From: a bacterium
GTDB lineage: Bacteria > Electryoneota > JAOADG01
NCBI GenBank assembly: GCA_963681965.1
Contig: OY820579.1
Coordinates: 3,008,001-3,072,000, forward strand
Reading direction: 5' to 3'
DNA: 64,000 nt
Shown: in pieces, positions 17,590 to 29,200 of the stretch
Position numbering within the stretch: the stretch's first letter is position 1
Layout of the letters: every line of letters begins with the position of its first letter
The notes under the pieces: generated by a model
Database searches by the model: none
What the model was told of the DNA's origin: nothing
What the model saw: only the letters and a program-made list of their open reading frames with translations
Program-made: the position numbers and the translations under genes

Positions 17590-18939
17590 ATGCGTCATTG
17601 GCTTCGGGTTTTTACGGATATCGGCGAAAATTGGTTTGATTTCTTGCATTCTATCTGTATCACGCTTAACTGGTTATATAAATTTAAATTAGTTGCGATG
17701 ATGCTTATGTTGGTTTCCGTTTCAATTTCACAACCGAATCTTCCTCGCATTGGTCAATATCAACTCCAGTTTTTATCGTCCAATGAGCGCAATCTTGCGA
17801 TTCGTGATGGACACGCATTTGTTACTGGGTGGGCTAGTGGGTTAACCGTAATCGACTTTGCAAACCGGACATCGCCTTCCTTTGTCGCTAGTATTAATAG
17901 TATGGGAATGAACACGCGTGGTATTGCGCTGACCACTCACTATGCTTTCGTCACCAATCCCGACTCAGGTGTTTATGCCATCGATATTTCGCGATACGAT
18001 TCAATGCGAGTCATTTCGTATTTGCCACTTATCGGTGCATGCCGTATGAAAAGTCTGGGTATATATGCTTACGTTGCTGCTTTCGGTCGTGATACAACAA
18101 GTTCAGGGTTGTACATTATCGATATTTCCAATCCGAATGTGCTTGTAATCAATGGTTTCGTTCAAGTACGTCAGATTAATGCATTATGTATCGATAATGG
18201 AATTGCATTTTGTGCTGCGCGTCCCGGAATCGTCACCATCGACATTACTAACCCTGCTTCACCGATCAGAATTGGATCTGCAAGGTGTCCATATCCGGAT
18301 GGTATCGCTATTCAAAATCAGCGCGCGTACGTTGCGAACGACTCAGGACTTTGTATCTTCGACGTAAGCCAACCAGAGAATCCGGTTAGAATTGGATTTT
18401 ATTACATGGATGCACCTACTTGGACAACCGATATCTCTATACAAAATCAATTCGCATTTCTACCGGTGTTCGGAGTTGGTATTCGAATGCTAAATATGAG
18501 TAATCCATCTACAGTAACTTTGCTCGCAATGAATGAAATGCCTGACCAGCGCAATCGTATACATAGTTGCGTAATCGATGAAAACTTCCTCTATACTGCA
18601 GAAGCACAGTACGTTGGTGTATTCAATTTCACTTCATTTCTTCCGGTCGAAGAATTTTCGCAGTCAACGCTTCCTGCAAGTATAACAGTCTCACCGCCAT
18701 ATCCGAATCCAGCGAATGCTGTCACAACTATTGCTTTCTCACTTCCCAGCAATTCGTTTGTCGAAGCGATGCTCTATGATGTGTCGGGGCGGATTGTACA
18801 ACAACTCGTACACGAGCGAATGATTTCTGGGACTCATCGGATACAATTGAATACCCTCAATTTCCCAAGCGGAACATATTTCTGTCGCATAAAAACTGAA
18901 GACGAAATTCTGATTAAGAAGTTAGTTGTAATGAAGTAG
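17590..18939 (+). CDS. LVIVD-repeat beta-propeller protein with T9SS/FlgD-type C-terminal sorting domain
   Basis: Repeated GL.(I/V)ID(I/V)SNP..P units; YPNPAN...SGTYFCRI...KLVVMK. Start uncertain: ATG 17590 behind GAGG, or 17698. Confidence 0.8.
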   Translation: MRHWLRVFTDIGENWFDFLHSICITLNWLYKFKLVAMMLMLVSVSISQPNLPRIGQYQLQFLSSNERNLAIRDGHAFVTGWASGLTVIDFANRTSPSFVASINSMGMNTRGIALTTHYAFVTNPDSGVYAIDISRYDSMRVISYLPLIGACRMKSLGIYAYVAAFGRDTTSSGLYIIDISNPNVLVINGFVQVRQINALCIDNGIAFCAARPGIVTIDITNPASPIRIGSARCPYPDGIAIQNQRAYVANDSGLCIFDVSQPENPVRIGFYYMDAPTWTTDISIQNQFAFLPVFGVGIRMLNMSNPSTVTLLAMNEMPDQRNRIHSCVIDENFLYTAEAQYVGVFNFTSFLPVEEFSQSTLPASITVSPPYPNPANAVTTIAFSLPSNSFVEAMLYDVSGRIVQQLVHERMISGTHRIQLNTLNFPSGTYFCRIKTEDEILIKKLVVMK

Positions 18940-19127
18940 TAGCGTAAATTTACATGCTGCCATAAAGTAAATATCTATCTCTGAAATTGTTTGCGAAATC
19001 TGGCATCGGTTAATTTTAGCAAATTTGCATTATTCAGATCGTATTTTTGTGTAGTACTTAATTGTTCCTTCTTGAAAGAATTGGAAATATTGCATTCACC
19101 GATTATGTGTATTCATTAGTCGGGCGA

Positions 19128-20498
19128 TTACGCCGCAACTGTATCTTCACGAAGGGTACTGAGGTCGATTTCCAGTTGGACAATCTTCTCGTAGAGATTT
19201 TTGCGGGCAATCTTAAGCAATTCAGCGGCTTGCGATACATTCCCATCGCACTTCTGCAGCACCCGTTGAATAAATTCGCGTTCGAAATGTTTACGGGCAT
19301 CTTTCAGAGATAGCATCTCGCCAACACTCTCTACGGTTGTGCTTGTCGGTTTCAATTTATCGCCAAGATCGTCGACTGTGATCATATCGTCCGAAGCCAT
19401 CACCACGGCACGTTCAATCACATTCTCGAGTTCCCGGATGTTCCCGTTCCAACGGTACTGCTTCAGGGCTTGTAGCGCCTGTGCCGTGATGGTAATCGGC
19501 GCTTTCCCGCACTGCAAGCGAAACCGCTCGATAAAATGTTTGGCGATCGCTTCGATATCGTCGACACGTTCGCGTAATGGCGGTAATTTTATCGTAATCA
19601 CATTCAATCGATAGTAGAGGTCTTCGCGAAATCGACCCGCCTTCACCTCTTCATGCAGATCGCGCCACGAAGCTGCAATCACGCGCACATCGACCTTAAT
19701 CGTCTGTTCCCCGCCTACTCGCTCGAACGAGCGCTCCTGCAATACTCGCAATAATTTTACCTGCACCGATAGCGGAAGTTCACCGACTTCATCCAAAAAG
19801 ATCGTACCGGTATGAGCTAATTCGAATCGCCCCTTCCGCTGTTTTATCGCACCAGTGAAGGCACCCGCTTCGTGTCCGAATAACTCGGTTTCCAATAGCG
19901 ATTCCGGCAGCGAGGCACAAGAGACTTTGATATACGGTTTATTGCTACGATTCGAATAATGGCGAATCATGTTCGCCATTACCTCTTTGCCGGTACCGGT
20001 TTCACCCAAGATCAAAACAGTCGCAGGAACTTGCGCAATTTTATCGATCACCGCACGATACAGCTTGGACATCTCTTCATTGTGCGAAAAAGAGGGGAAT
20101 GGCACTGTCTTATTTTTTTCTTGTTGCGATGACCACTGCTTCGAGTATTTTTCAACCAATTCGAAAATTATTTTATAGGAGAGTGGTTTAATCATTAAAT
20201 CGACAGCTCCGCGTTTCATCGCGGTTACAGCCAATTCGATTTCCGGTCGCATCGTCGTTGCGATAACTGGTGTATTCGATCGATTGCGCGTACACCAGTC
20301 GATCAATTCCGTACCGCCGATATCCGATAGCACCAGATCGGTGATCACCAGATCGTAATGCTCGGTTTCCAATAGCTTCAATGCAGTCAAACCGTTTTTC
20401 TCAACGCGATATGTCCACCCAGCCGCTCGAAACTGCGAAACCAGTTGTTGAGCGGATTGCGTGTCTTCATCGACAATGAGTAAGTTCGGCTTCGCCAT
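19128..20498 (-). CDS. Sigma54-dependent response regulator (NtrC/AtoC/ZraR family: REC, AAA+, Fis HTH)
   Basis: GETGTGKE, ELFGHEAGAFTGA, FLDEVGE, FREDLYYRLNV, W.GNIREL.N, GNVSQAA..L.I.R..LY. Confidence 0.95.
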   Translation of the reverse strand: MAKPNLLIVDEDTQSAQQLVSQFRAAGWTYRVEKNGLTALKLLETEHYDLVITDLVLSDIGGTELIDWCTRNRSNTPVIATTMRPEIELAVTAMKRGAVDLMIKPLSYKIIFELVEKYSKQWSSQQEKNKTVPFPSFSHNEEMSKLYRAVIDKIAQVPATVLILGETGTGKEVMANMIRHYSNRSNKPYIKVSCASLPESLLETELFGHEAGAFTGAIKQRKGRFELAHTGTIFLDEVGELPLSVQVKLLRVLQERSFERVGGEQTIKVDVRVIAASWRDLHEEVKAGRFREDLYYRLNVITIKLPPLRERVDDIEAIAKHFIERFRLQCGKAPITITAQALQALKQYRWNGNIRELENVIERAVVMASDDMITVDDLGDKLKPTSTTVESVGEMLSLKDARKHFEREFIQRVLQKCDGNVSQAAELLKIARKNLYEKIVQLEIDLSTLREDTVAA

Positions 20499-22693
20499 TA
20501 CCAATTACCTATCGGTGCTTTCAGCGTGTCGGGAATAATTTTCTTCAACTCCGGTCCCGGTGTAAATCCTAACGGCTGTTTCAAGCTCTGCTGCAGGATG
20601 ATTCCCCAATGATAGTCGCGATTCGATTTCGATATCAGCCAGGTTAATTGTTCCCGCGCTTCCGTATTCCGACCGAGTTTGACCAGAATTTGATATTTAA
20701 GAATATTTGCAATGACGTTATCGATTTCGAAATCCAGAATTCGATTTATTCGCACTAATGCCGAATCGAATTTGGAATTTTTGAAATCGATTTGCGCAAT
20801 CCGGATCAGTACTTCCGTTTGCGTTGTGTCGATCTTTTCCGCCTCAACCAGCATCCGTCGCGCTTCGACCAAATCGTTCTTTTCCTGCAACAGTTGCCCT
20901 AAACCCAGAAGAACTTTCGGTCGATCGGTTTCGGAACAACTCCGCAAAAGTTTCCGATAGAGCTGCTCTTTCTCTTCCCGTTCCATCCGATTCAACGAGT
21001 CTTTCGGCGTTTTCACGATGATCGAATCAGATCCATCACTCTCTGAAAAACTAGTCGGGTCGATATCGGGTCCCGTCAAACCAATCCGGGTATACTCCTG
21101 CCGAGCCATATCCGAGAAACCCATCTGGTTATACAATCCTGCCAATTGAAAATGAGCTTCGTAAAAAAACGGTTCGATCGCTAACGCTTTGTGATAATTC
21201 TCGAGTGCTTCAAACAGTTTACCCTGCCGTTTGTTCACTTGTGCCCAGTTAAAATAATCCATCATCGGTGAGCGAAGACTGGATAAGAACGTGTTATCGT
21301 AGTTTGCGAGCAAAAAGCCCGGAACCAGACACATGATTCCCAGCATTACTTTATCGGCATTATGTTCGACAAGCTTGCGCGAGATATAATAAATTCCCGT
21401 AGCCGAAAGGAGTATTCCGATGGGAACGAGCGGAAAGCGGTATTCTGAACACGTGTAAAATAGCAGATTTCCAATGATGTAGGTAAGTGCTAAGATTATA
21501 ATTATAAGCCATTTACGCCAGAATTTATAAATCGCAAAAATACCTAATCCAGTAAACGTGAGAATAAAAGCCCACCCGAACGGGAGCATCCGAACCATGA
21601 CAGAATAGTCTTTAATGACGAAATATGTCAAATTGGTCGGTATTTCGGTCTTGTTGCTGAACCAAAGTAATTTGCGCCACTCTAATTTGAGGTAATTGAT
21701 CGGGTGGGTTACGATCCAACTTATTCCAGTTTTCAGCCAGTAGTTCGCTGCTTCATTTTGACTTAGTTCTCGACCTGTTCGTTTGGAAGCCTCAATCCGG
21801 TAATCAGCTTCTTCTCGATCCGGTTCAGCCGAAGTTAAAAATAACGGTTCATCGTAAATACCAGAGGCATTTTCGTTATTTCCAACCCAAAAAACCATCC
21901 CTCCGGAAGTCTGAGTCAATCCAAAATGACCGGAATAGCTGTAATTCCGAATGAGAAACGGGAGCATCACAATAATTGCTCCTGCGATCATTAATCCGGA
22001 TTTCTTTAATAAATCGAACCGATTCATTTGAAAAAATAGACCAAAAACCGGGTAAAGGAGCAGAAAAAGCATCGGGATCGGTCGGAATAAAATCGAGATT
22101 CCGATCATCGCACCACCGAGAACCGTTTTCCACCAAATCGTTTGTTGATCCACATCGATCAGGAAATACATTGCAGCTACTGTGAGAAAGAGAATGGGTG
22201 AGGTTGTTAAGATTGTACCGTTATAGACCGGTGTCATGTAATAACCAACCCACAACAACATCGCAATGCGAACAGCAGCCTCAGGTAGAAGCTTACGCGC
22301 CACTTTCAACATTAGTACAAGCGCGAATCCTTCGAGTAGCGTTTGGACGAACATCACCAGATATGGACTGGGAGTTACCAACCAATACAAAATGCCGACA
22401 AAGGTTGGATATCCCGGATTCATAAACCAAATGTCTTTTCCCCAGCCATGCTCGACGAATTTTAAAGCATATTGGTGATAATGAAGCGAATCAATGATCA
22501 AAGTATCTGTGATCGCGGTGCCATTGATTTGGATTAAATGAACGATTCGCGAGATCAACCAAACAATCCAAAGCAAAGCTGGTATTTTTGGGTGCGACCA
22601 TAACCGATCAATCGTGCGATAAATGGGGTCGAGAATTTCTGCAGATTTGTTCCGATTAGCCATGAGGTTCATCCTTTCCAGAGTTGTCATCAC
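20498..22693 (-). CDS. GT-C (ArnT/PMT_2-like) membrane glycosyltransferase with C-terminal TPR repeats
   Basis: DSLHYH..A, PGYP.F, RP, RNY...G.FWVGNN..ASG.Y, RFPLVP, many TM segments, then TPRs. Stop overlaps the regulator start (TAATG); exact start uncertain. Confidence 0.8.
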   Translation of the reverse strand: MMTTLERMNLMANRNKSAEILDPIYRTIDRLWSHPKIPALLWIVWLISRIVHLIQINGTAITDTLIIDSLHYHQYALKFVEHGWGKDIWFMNPGYPTFVGILYWLVTPSPYLVMFVQTLLEGFALVLMLKVARKLLPEAAVRIAMLLWVGYYMTPVYNGTILTTSPILFLTVAAMYFLIDVDQQTIWWKTVLGGAMIGISILFRPIPMLFLLLYPVFGLFFQMNRFDLLKKSGLMIAGAIIVMLPFLIRNYSYSGHFGLTQTSGGMVFWVGNNENASGIYDEPLFLTSAEPDREEADYRIEASKRTGRELSQNEAANYWLKTGISWIVTHPINYLKLEWRKLLWFSNKTEIPTNLTYFVIKDYSVMVRMLPFGWAFILTFTGLGIFAIYKFWRKWLIIIILALTYIIGNLLFYTCSEYRFPLVPIGILLSATGIYYISRKLVEHNADKVMLGIMCLVPGFLLANYDNTFLSSLRSPMMDYFNWAQVNKRQGKLFEALENYHKALAIEPFFYEAHFQLAGLYNQMGFSDMARQEYTRIGLTGPDIDPTSFSESDGSDSIIVKTPKDSLNRMEREEKEQLYRKLLRSCSETDRPKVLLGLGQLLQEKNDLVEARRMLVEAEKIDTTQTEVLIRIAQIDFKNSKFDSALVRINRILDFEIDNVIANILKYQILVKLGRNTEAREQLTWLISKSNRDYHWGIILQQSLKQPLGFTPGPELKKIIPDTLKAPIGNW

Positions 22694-23167
22694 ATCGATT
22701 CAACAAAACATCCTATCTCACTTCGATTGTACAATAAAATAGCTGATTTAGTTCCAATTAGGAACATTTATGTGTCGGTAATGGCACCAACCGGAAATAT
22801 AACGCTTTCTCCTTACATTGCATATTGGAGTTCTACCAGTTAAAACAATGAAAAACTAATATTTACATTTTCAAGAGAATTAACAACTTCCCGAATTAAT
22901 GAGTTTTTTTGAATCAATCTCTAAAAAATGGATTTTTACGAGATTTTCGATTAGTTTAATCTATTACAGAACAGTTCGGACGAAATCGCGATTATCGACC
23001 TCGTTTTCTTTTAGGGTATCATCCACGAACACCTGAATTCTATTACTAATAAGTGACTTTTTCGATTGGATAAACGACATTAATTCGAGTTGCTTTCTAC
23101 AGTTAATTATTGTATGTTAGCTCACTAATTCGTTCGCGAAATGAGCGGAAACATCAGGAGTAATCTT

Positions 23168-24778
23168 ATGAATATTCGTAAACTATTTCTTTTTGCACTG
23201 GTACTTGGAACAGCCGTCATTGCTAATGCACAAGTTGTTATTAACGAGATGCTGTATGAAACTTTTTATACTTCCAATGCCGGTTGCTTCACTGAATTAA
23301 AAGGTACCGCTGGAACATCACTCGATGGTTATTGGTTGGTTGGAATCGATGGCGCCTCTGGCGCGTACGACTCAGTTGCATTAACCGGTACTATTCCTAC
23401 AAGCGGTTACTTCGTGATTGCCAAAGACAATACTGTTGCCAATGCCAATCAAATTAGTACAGTTGTCGGATGGCACCAAGCTGGTGGTTCCACCGGTGGC
23501 TCGGGTGATAACGTTGTTCTCAAGAACAATGGCACGATCATCGACGCAGTTGGTTATGGAAATTTTGTTGGTCCCGATGCTTCTGCGATCTGGGCAGGAT
23601 TTCCGACTGACAACCGCTACCACTCAGCGTATGATCCATATCCTGCGATCAAACGTACAGCACCGGCAGATTCTGTAAATCAGACTCTCAGCCGTTTTCC
23701 GGATGGCGTAAATACCCAAGACAATCGACTCGATTTTCGCATTGCATTCCCGACCCCTGGCGCTGCCAACATTTGGGATGCACCTACGTGCGTCGATCGT
23801 ACACTTGCTCAAATCCGCCAGAATCGCACCAATGGCGTTCCGGTAGACTCCGGCGCTTATGTTCGCGTAAGTGGTACCGTTTGCTTCCCCTCAGGGTTGC
23901 TTCAGACCAACAATACTGCGATTAATGTGTACATTCAGGATCAAACTGCAGGTTGCAACCTCTACGGTATTTCGACTGCATGGTTACAATTCGGCGATTC
24001 GATCACGATCCAAGGGATCGTAATTCCGTTCCATGGTCGTACCGAAATTGGCAGTGCATTTCGTCAGCCTTACTTTACGATCATTAATCACGGACCAGCT
24101 CACGTAATGCCGACTCCAGTCGACGTTACTACCGCTGAAATGGCTTCTGCCGGCGCTGAAGCATACGAGGGTATGCTCGTTCGCCTTCAGAACGTGCAAT
24201 TGGTTTCTTTGGCTTCCGGATCATCGTTTGTTTATCCTCCTACTGCATCCGCAAATAGCAAGATCAACATCAACGACGGAACTGGTCAAGCAGTTATGTT
24301 CATCAACAAGGGTAGCAACTGGACTGGCTGGACTACTTATCCGGCGATCGGATCGACGTTGACCGAAGTCTGGGGTATCTGCGATCAGTATGCTTCCACA
24401 ACGGCACCACCGTTCAGTGGCGGTTACGAATTCAGCCCGCGATTTATTTCCGATTTCAGTCCGAACTCGTCTGTATCCGAAACTCCGATTCATGCGGTTG
24501 TCAATGATTTCCGACTTGAATCGGCTTATCCGAATCCATTCAATCGGACCACTGCTATTCGCTATAACATCTCTCAGGGTGAAATTGCGGATATCGCTGT
24601 CTACGATATTTCCGGTCGGTTGGTTGCCAATCTGGCATCGAACCTGAAAGCTGGAAACAATGTCGTATTTTGGAACGGTCGGAATTTAACGGGAACTACC
24701 GTTGCCGGCGGGATGTACATTATCAAGATGAACGGTATGAAGCACACTGCTACTATGAAGGCTGTGTACTTACCGTAA
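23168..24778 (+). CDS. Secreted protein with lamin-tail-like domain, OB-fold region and FlgD/T9SS C-terminal domain
   Basis: Signal peptide; VVINEM..., SLDGYWL, DAVGYG, PTPGAAN (LTD); YIQDQTAG, EAYEGMLV (OB); YPNPFN...WNG.N..G..VAGGMY. Start at ATG 23168 behind AGGAG. Confidence 0.82.
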   Translation: MNIRKLFLFALVLGTAVIANAQVVINEMLYETFYTSNAGCFTELKGTAGTSLDGYWLVGIDGASGAYDSVALTGTIPTSGYFVIAKDNTVANANQISTVVGWHQAGGSTGGSGDNVVLKNNGTIIDAVGYGNFVGPDASAIWAGFPTDNRYHSAYDPYPAIKRTAPADSVNQTLSRFPDGVNTQDNRLDFRIAFPTPGAANIWDAPTCVDRTLAQIRQNRTNGVPVDSGAYVRVSGTVCFPSGLLQTNNTAINVYIQDQTAGCNLYGISTAWLQFGDSITIQGIVIPFHGRTEIGSAFRQPYFTIINHGPAHVMPTPVDVTTAEMASAGAEAYEGMLVRLQNVQLVSLASGSSFVYPPTASANSKININDGTGQAVMFINKGSNWTGWTTYPAIGSTLTEVWGICDQYASTTAPPFSGGYEFSPRFISDFSPNSSVSETPIHAVVNDFRLESAYPNPFNRTTAIRYNISQGEIADIAVYDISGRLVANLASNLKAGNNVVFWNGRNLTGTTVAGGMYIIKMNGMKHTATMKAVYLP

Positions 24779-24867
24779 TAAAATTTGGGTCCGGTTCGAG
24801 CCAATCGGAAAGCAACCGGATGGTATGCTTGTCCCAACAGCCTCAACCGGCCCGCTAATTTTGAACA

Positions 24868-24902
24868 AAGAAGACGGAATTTCTTCCGTCTTCTTTGTTT
24901 TT
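24868..24902 (+). terminator. Intrinsic terminator
   Basis: AAAGAAGACGGAA-TTTC-TTCCGTCTTCTTT followed by GTTTT. Confidence 0.75.
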
Positions 24903-25000
24903 GCCTGAACTGTAACGATGAAGTCGATGCAATCAATCAATATCGTATCATATATCGATTCAATTAAGTAAATTGACCTCTACCCAATGGATGAACTTAT

Positions 25001-26164
25001 ATGAAACGTATTAAAGAACCTTCTACGAAGCACCGACGACCATTAAAAATTGGTATCTCTTGTTACCCCACTTATGGCGGGAGTGGTGTTCTAGCAACTG
25101 AACTCGGTATGGAATTGGCGCGCCGGGGACACGAAATTCATTTCATTACATATCAGTTTCCACATAGATTAGCCCTGTTCTCGCCCAATATCCGGTATCA
25201 TGAAGTAGAAGTGATCGAGTATCCATTGTTCGAGTACTACCCCTATTCTCTATCGCTTGCAAGTAAAATGGTGGAAGTTGCCGAGACCTCTGGACTAGAT
25301 ATTCTCCATGTTCATTATGCAATTCCGCATAGTATTAGCGCCTTACTTGCAGCCGAAATCCTGAAGAACAAGCTTCCCTATATCACGACACTTCACGGCA
25401 CCGATATCACACTAGTCGGTAACGATCGGAGTTTCTTGCCGATCGTTAAACTATCCGTTGATCGATCTCCCGGAGTGACGGCAGTATCACAATTTCTTGC
25501 CGACGAAACGGTCAAAACCTTTGAAGTGAAACGTAAGATAGATGTGATCTACAACTTTGTCGACGGTACCGAATTCAAACCGTTATCCGATACCGCAAAA
25601 GCAGTTAGCAGTTTCGCGCGAAATGTTCCTTTACTTGTCCATTTATCGAATTTCCGGGCAGTAAAACGGATTGGCGATGTCGTCGATGTCTTCCACCGCG
25701 TTCGACAGAACTGCGAAGCCAAATTGCTTTTTATTGGCGATGGACCAGACCGCTCAAAAGCCGAACACATGCTAAAAGAATACGGTTTATTCGAAGATTC
25801 GATTTTTGTCGGTAAACAACTCGCTATTGCAGATTTATTAGCAATGGCAGATCTCTTCCTCCTCCCTTCCGAAACGGAATCATTTGGACTGGCAGCACTC
25901 GAGGCAATGAGTTGCGAAGTTCCGGTATTGGCGTATCGAGTAGGAGGTTTATCGGAAGTTGTAGATGATGGTGAGACGGGATTTCTGCTACCATTGGGTG
26001 ATACTGCCGGCATGGCGGAAGCGGCATGCAAGCTGTTGGAGGCACCGAAACTACGTCGCGAAATGGGTAAGAATGCGCGTAAAACAGCGTTGGAACGATT
26101 TAGCAAGAAAGTTATCGTCGATCAGTATGAAGAGTATTACTATCAGTTCATCGGTCAAGAATAA
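25001..26164 (+). CDS. bshA: N-acetyl-alpha-D-glucosaminyl L-malate synthase (bacillithiol biosynthesis, GT4)
   Basis: KIGISCYPTYGGSGVLATELG, LHVHYAIPH, TTLHGTDITLVG, HLSNFRAVKR, ESFGLAALEAM. Confidence 0.95.
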   Translation: MKRIKEPSTKHRRPLKIGISCYPTYGGSGVLATELGMELARRGHEIHFITYQFPHRLALFSPNIRYHEVEVIEYPLFEYYPYSLSLASKMVEVAETSGLDILHVHYAIPHSISALLAAEILKNKLPYITTLHGTDITLVGNDRSFLPIVKLSVDRSPGVTAVSQFLADETVKTFEVKRKIDVIYNFVDGTEFKPLSDTAKAVSSFARNVPLLVHLSNFRAVKRIGDVVDVFHRVRQNCEAKLLFIGDGPDRSKAEHMLKEYGLFEDSIFVGKQLAIADLLAMADLFLLPSETESFGLAALEAMSCEVPVLAYRVGGLSEVVDDGETGFLLPLGDTAGMAEAACKLLEAPKLRREMGKNARKTALERFSKKVIVDQYEEYYYQFIGQE

Positions 26165-26168
26165 AAAA

Positions 26169-26199
26169 ATAGCGGAGTGGATTAACTCCACTCCGCTAT
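26169..26199. terminator. Terminator hairpin between convergent bshA and RND genes
   Basis: ATAGCGGAGTGGA-TTAAC-TCCACTCCGCTAT with an upstream A-run. Confidence 0.75.
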
Positions 26200-26219
26200 A
26201 GTGATTACGATCAGTCGTG

Positions 26220-29200
26220 CTATTCTTCTGACTGAAAACTCTCTTTGAAGCCGAATTTCCGCTTTATCGTCTCTAACACATCATATGCTACTGGAACGAT
26301 GATCAATGTAAGTAGTGTTGATGAAATCAATCCTCCAATCACAACAACACCCAGTGCAACACGGAATTCTGCTGATGGACCCCATCCCAACGCAGTAGGG
26401 ATCATACCGAAAATCATCGCAAGTGTCGTCATCAAGATCGGTCGTAACCGAATTGGTCCAGCAATTAATAAAGCTTCATGAATCGATTTACCCGTTCGAC
26501 GAATGCGATTGGTAAAGTCGACTAAAAGGATCGAATTTTTCGTTACCAATCCCATTAACATGATTAGTCCAATAAATGCAAGCATGTCAAATGGTCGATG
26601 CGCAAACAACAAACCAAAGAAACCACCGATCACTGCAAACGGCAATGCCAGCATGATTGTAAATGGGTGCAGAAAGGAATTGAATTGCGATGCAAGAACC
26701 ATATACACAAATAAAATTGCCAGCGCCAATGCTAAGTACAAGGTTCCGAAACTCTCCTTATTCTGTGAAACTTGCCCCTCATACTTCAAGGTGTAACCAG
26801 GAGGTAACTTATAATCAGCAATCTTAGCTTTAATATCGCTGAATACATCTCCCAGACTTCGTTTCTCAATATTGGAGTTGATGATTGCTTGCCGAGTGCG
26901 ATCTTGTCGGTTGATCTGCGAAGGACCGACTGTCCTGACTAATTCGACAAATTCCGATAACGGGATGACCCGACCATCGCGAAGCGGATAACCGTAGGTA
27001 AGCAATTTCTCAGGATCGGATCGATCAGCACGGTTGAACCGAACATAGACATCGATCTCGTCCTCACCATCGCGAAATGCGGTAGCTTTCGATCCATCTA
27101 CGATCGTTCGAATCATCGCACCGATTTCAGCCGCAGTAACACCGAAGCGAGCTAAATTCTCGCGTTTCATGTGGTATTGAAACTCCGGTTTACCACTTCG
27201 TAAGGAGTTATCAAGATCAACAATACCGGAAACCAATTTGATACGCTGCTCCAAATCCGATGAGATTTTCTTTAAAACACTCACATCGGGACCTTGAACA
27301 TTAATTTGAATTGGACGTTGAGTAATGGTTGCCGATTTATTGCGAATACCGGTTGCCTCTTCTGCCGAGACACGTAATCCGGGTACAGCTTGCACAATTG
27401 GACGAATTTCTTCGCGAATTCGTTTCGAAATACCGATATGATTTGCATTCACCAGGATCGAGGCTTGATTTGCCGAACCATCTTGAGTTCCAACTGTCGT
27501 ATAGTATGACGCGGTTTCAGGATGTTTCCGGACAATTTCTTCGACTTTTTGCACTCGCCGATTCATTTCAGCAAGTGAGATATCCTGCGATGCTTCCATC
27601 ACAATGGAATACTGTCCGCGATCGCCCCGGGCATCTCCGGCAACACCCACGACCGATACGACATAAACCGAACTGATCAAAGTGACGATTGCAATCAAGA
27701 CTACGATCAGCCGATGCGATAATGCCCACCGCAGCATGCCTTGATAATTATCGTCAAGCGATGATAGTAAATTTCCGATTTTGTTTCCCAATGCACTGGC
27801 ACCGCTTTTCCCCGATTCAATCTTCTTAAAGAAATATGCCGAAAGCATTGGTGCTAAAGTGAATGCTTCAATAAGCGATATCAGTACCGCAACGGTTATA
27901 GTAACTCCAAATTGCCGGAAGAATTTTCCGGAAATTCCCGATGTGAATGCGATTGGTAGAAATACAGATACGACTGTCGTGGTGGTTGCCAAAACAGCTA
28001 AGGCAACTTCAGAAGTAGCTTCTCGTGCGGCTTTCCACGGCGACAATCCCTTTTCCATCCAGCGGAAAATATTCTCACGAACAACGATTGCATCGTCGAT
28101 TAACAAACCGATTGAGAGTGAAAGCGCCATCAGGGTGATTAAATTGATCGTGTACCCGAAGATGTAGACAAAAAAGAAAGTTCCAACCAAACACACCGGT
28201 AATCCTGCCACTGTAATGATTGTTCCGCGAAGATCACGGAAAAACAGCATTACGACCAGTGATGCTAGAATTATCCCTTCAAGCAATGCTGCGACAACAT
28301 CATCCCGCGAATTTCGAATAAAATCCGAATCATCGATTGCTAGATCGGCATGCAATTGCGGAAAATCTTTGGTTAATGTTTCCATCGCTTCGCGGATACG
28401 CTTAGCAACTGCGACAGTATTTGCACCTGACTGTTTCCGGATATCGATCGTAACGGATGGCTTTCCATTGCTTCGCGAAATCTGTCGAACTTCTTTAGAG
28501 GTATCGCGAACAGTGGCGACATCGCGTAACCGGATTGGATAATCGCGCACTTCCTTTACGACAATTGAATCGAATTCCGATGACCGTTTAACCGTAGCAT
28601 TCGTTTTCAATAAAAATTCCTGCGCCCCGTTGGTGACACGACCTCCCGGCAGTTCAATATTGGCGCTACGAATTGCATTAGTAACATCGTTAATGCTGAT
28701 GCCATAGGTCGACAATCGATCGCGAGAAACCGATATGGCAATTTCCCGTTCTTCACCACCCACCAATGAGATCGCAGCAACGCCGTCAATTCGTTCCAGA
28801 AACGGTTTTAATTTTTTCTCGACGATATAGCGTAAATCGCCGAGGGTTACATTCGGATCATTGGATGTGATCCCGTACGTCACGATTGGTTGATCGGCGG
28901 GATCGAATTTTTCATATTGAGGTTGAAGAATATCCATAGGCAGATTTTTGCGGATATTTTCAACTTTTTCACGGACTTCGGCAGCCTGTTCCTTGGCACT
29001 AAGTTCCAATTCAAATTCAACAACGACGATCGAAACACCTTCGGTCGAAGTAGATCGAATCTTTTTAACACCTTGCAAAACCGCGAGTGCTTCTTCAATC
29101 GGCTTGGTTACCTGATTTTCGACATCTTCCGGAGATGCTCCGGGATAGGGTACCATCACCGAGACAATCGGCATCGAGATATCCGGAAACAATTCAACCG

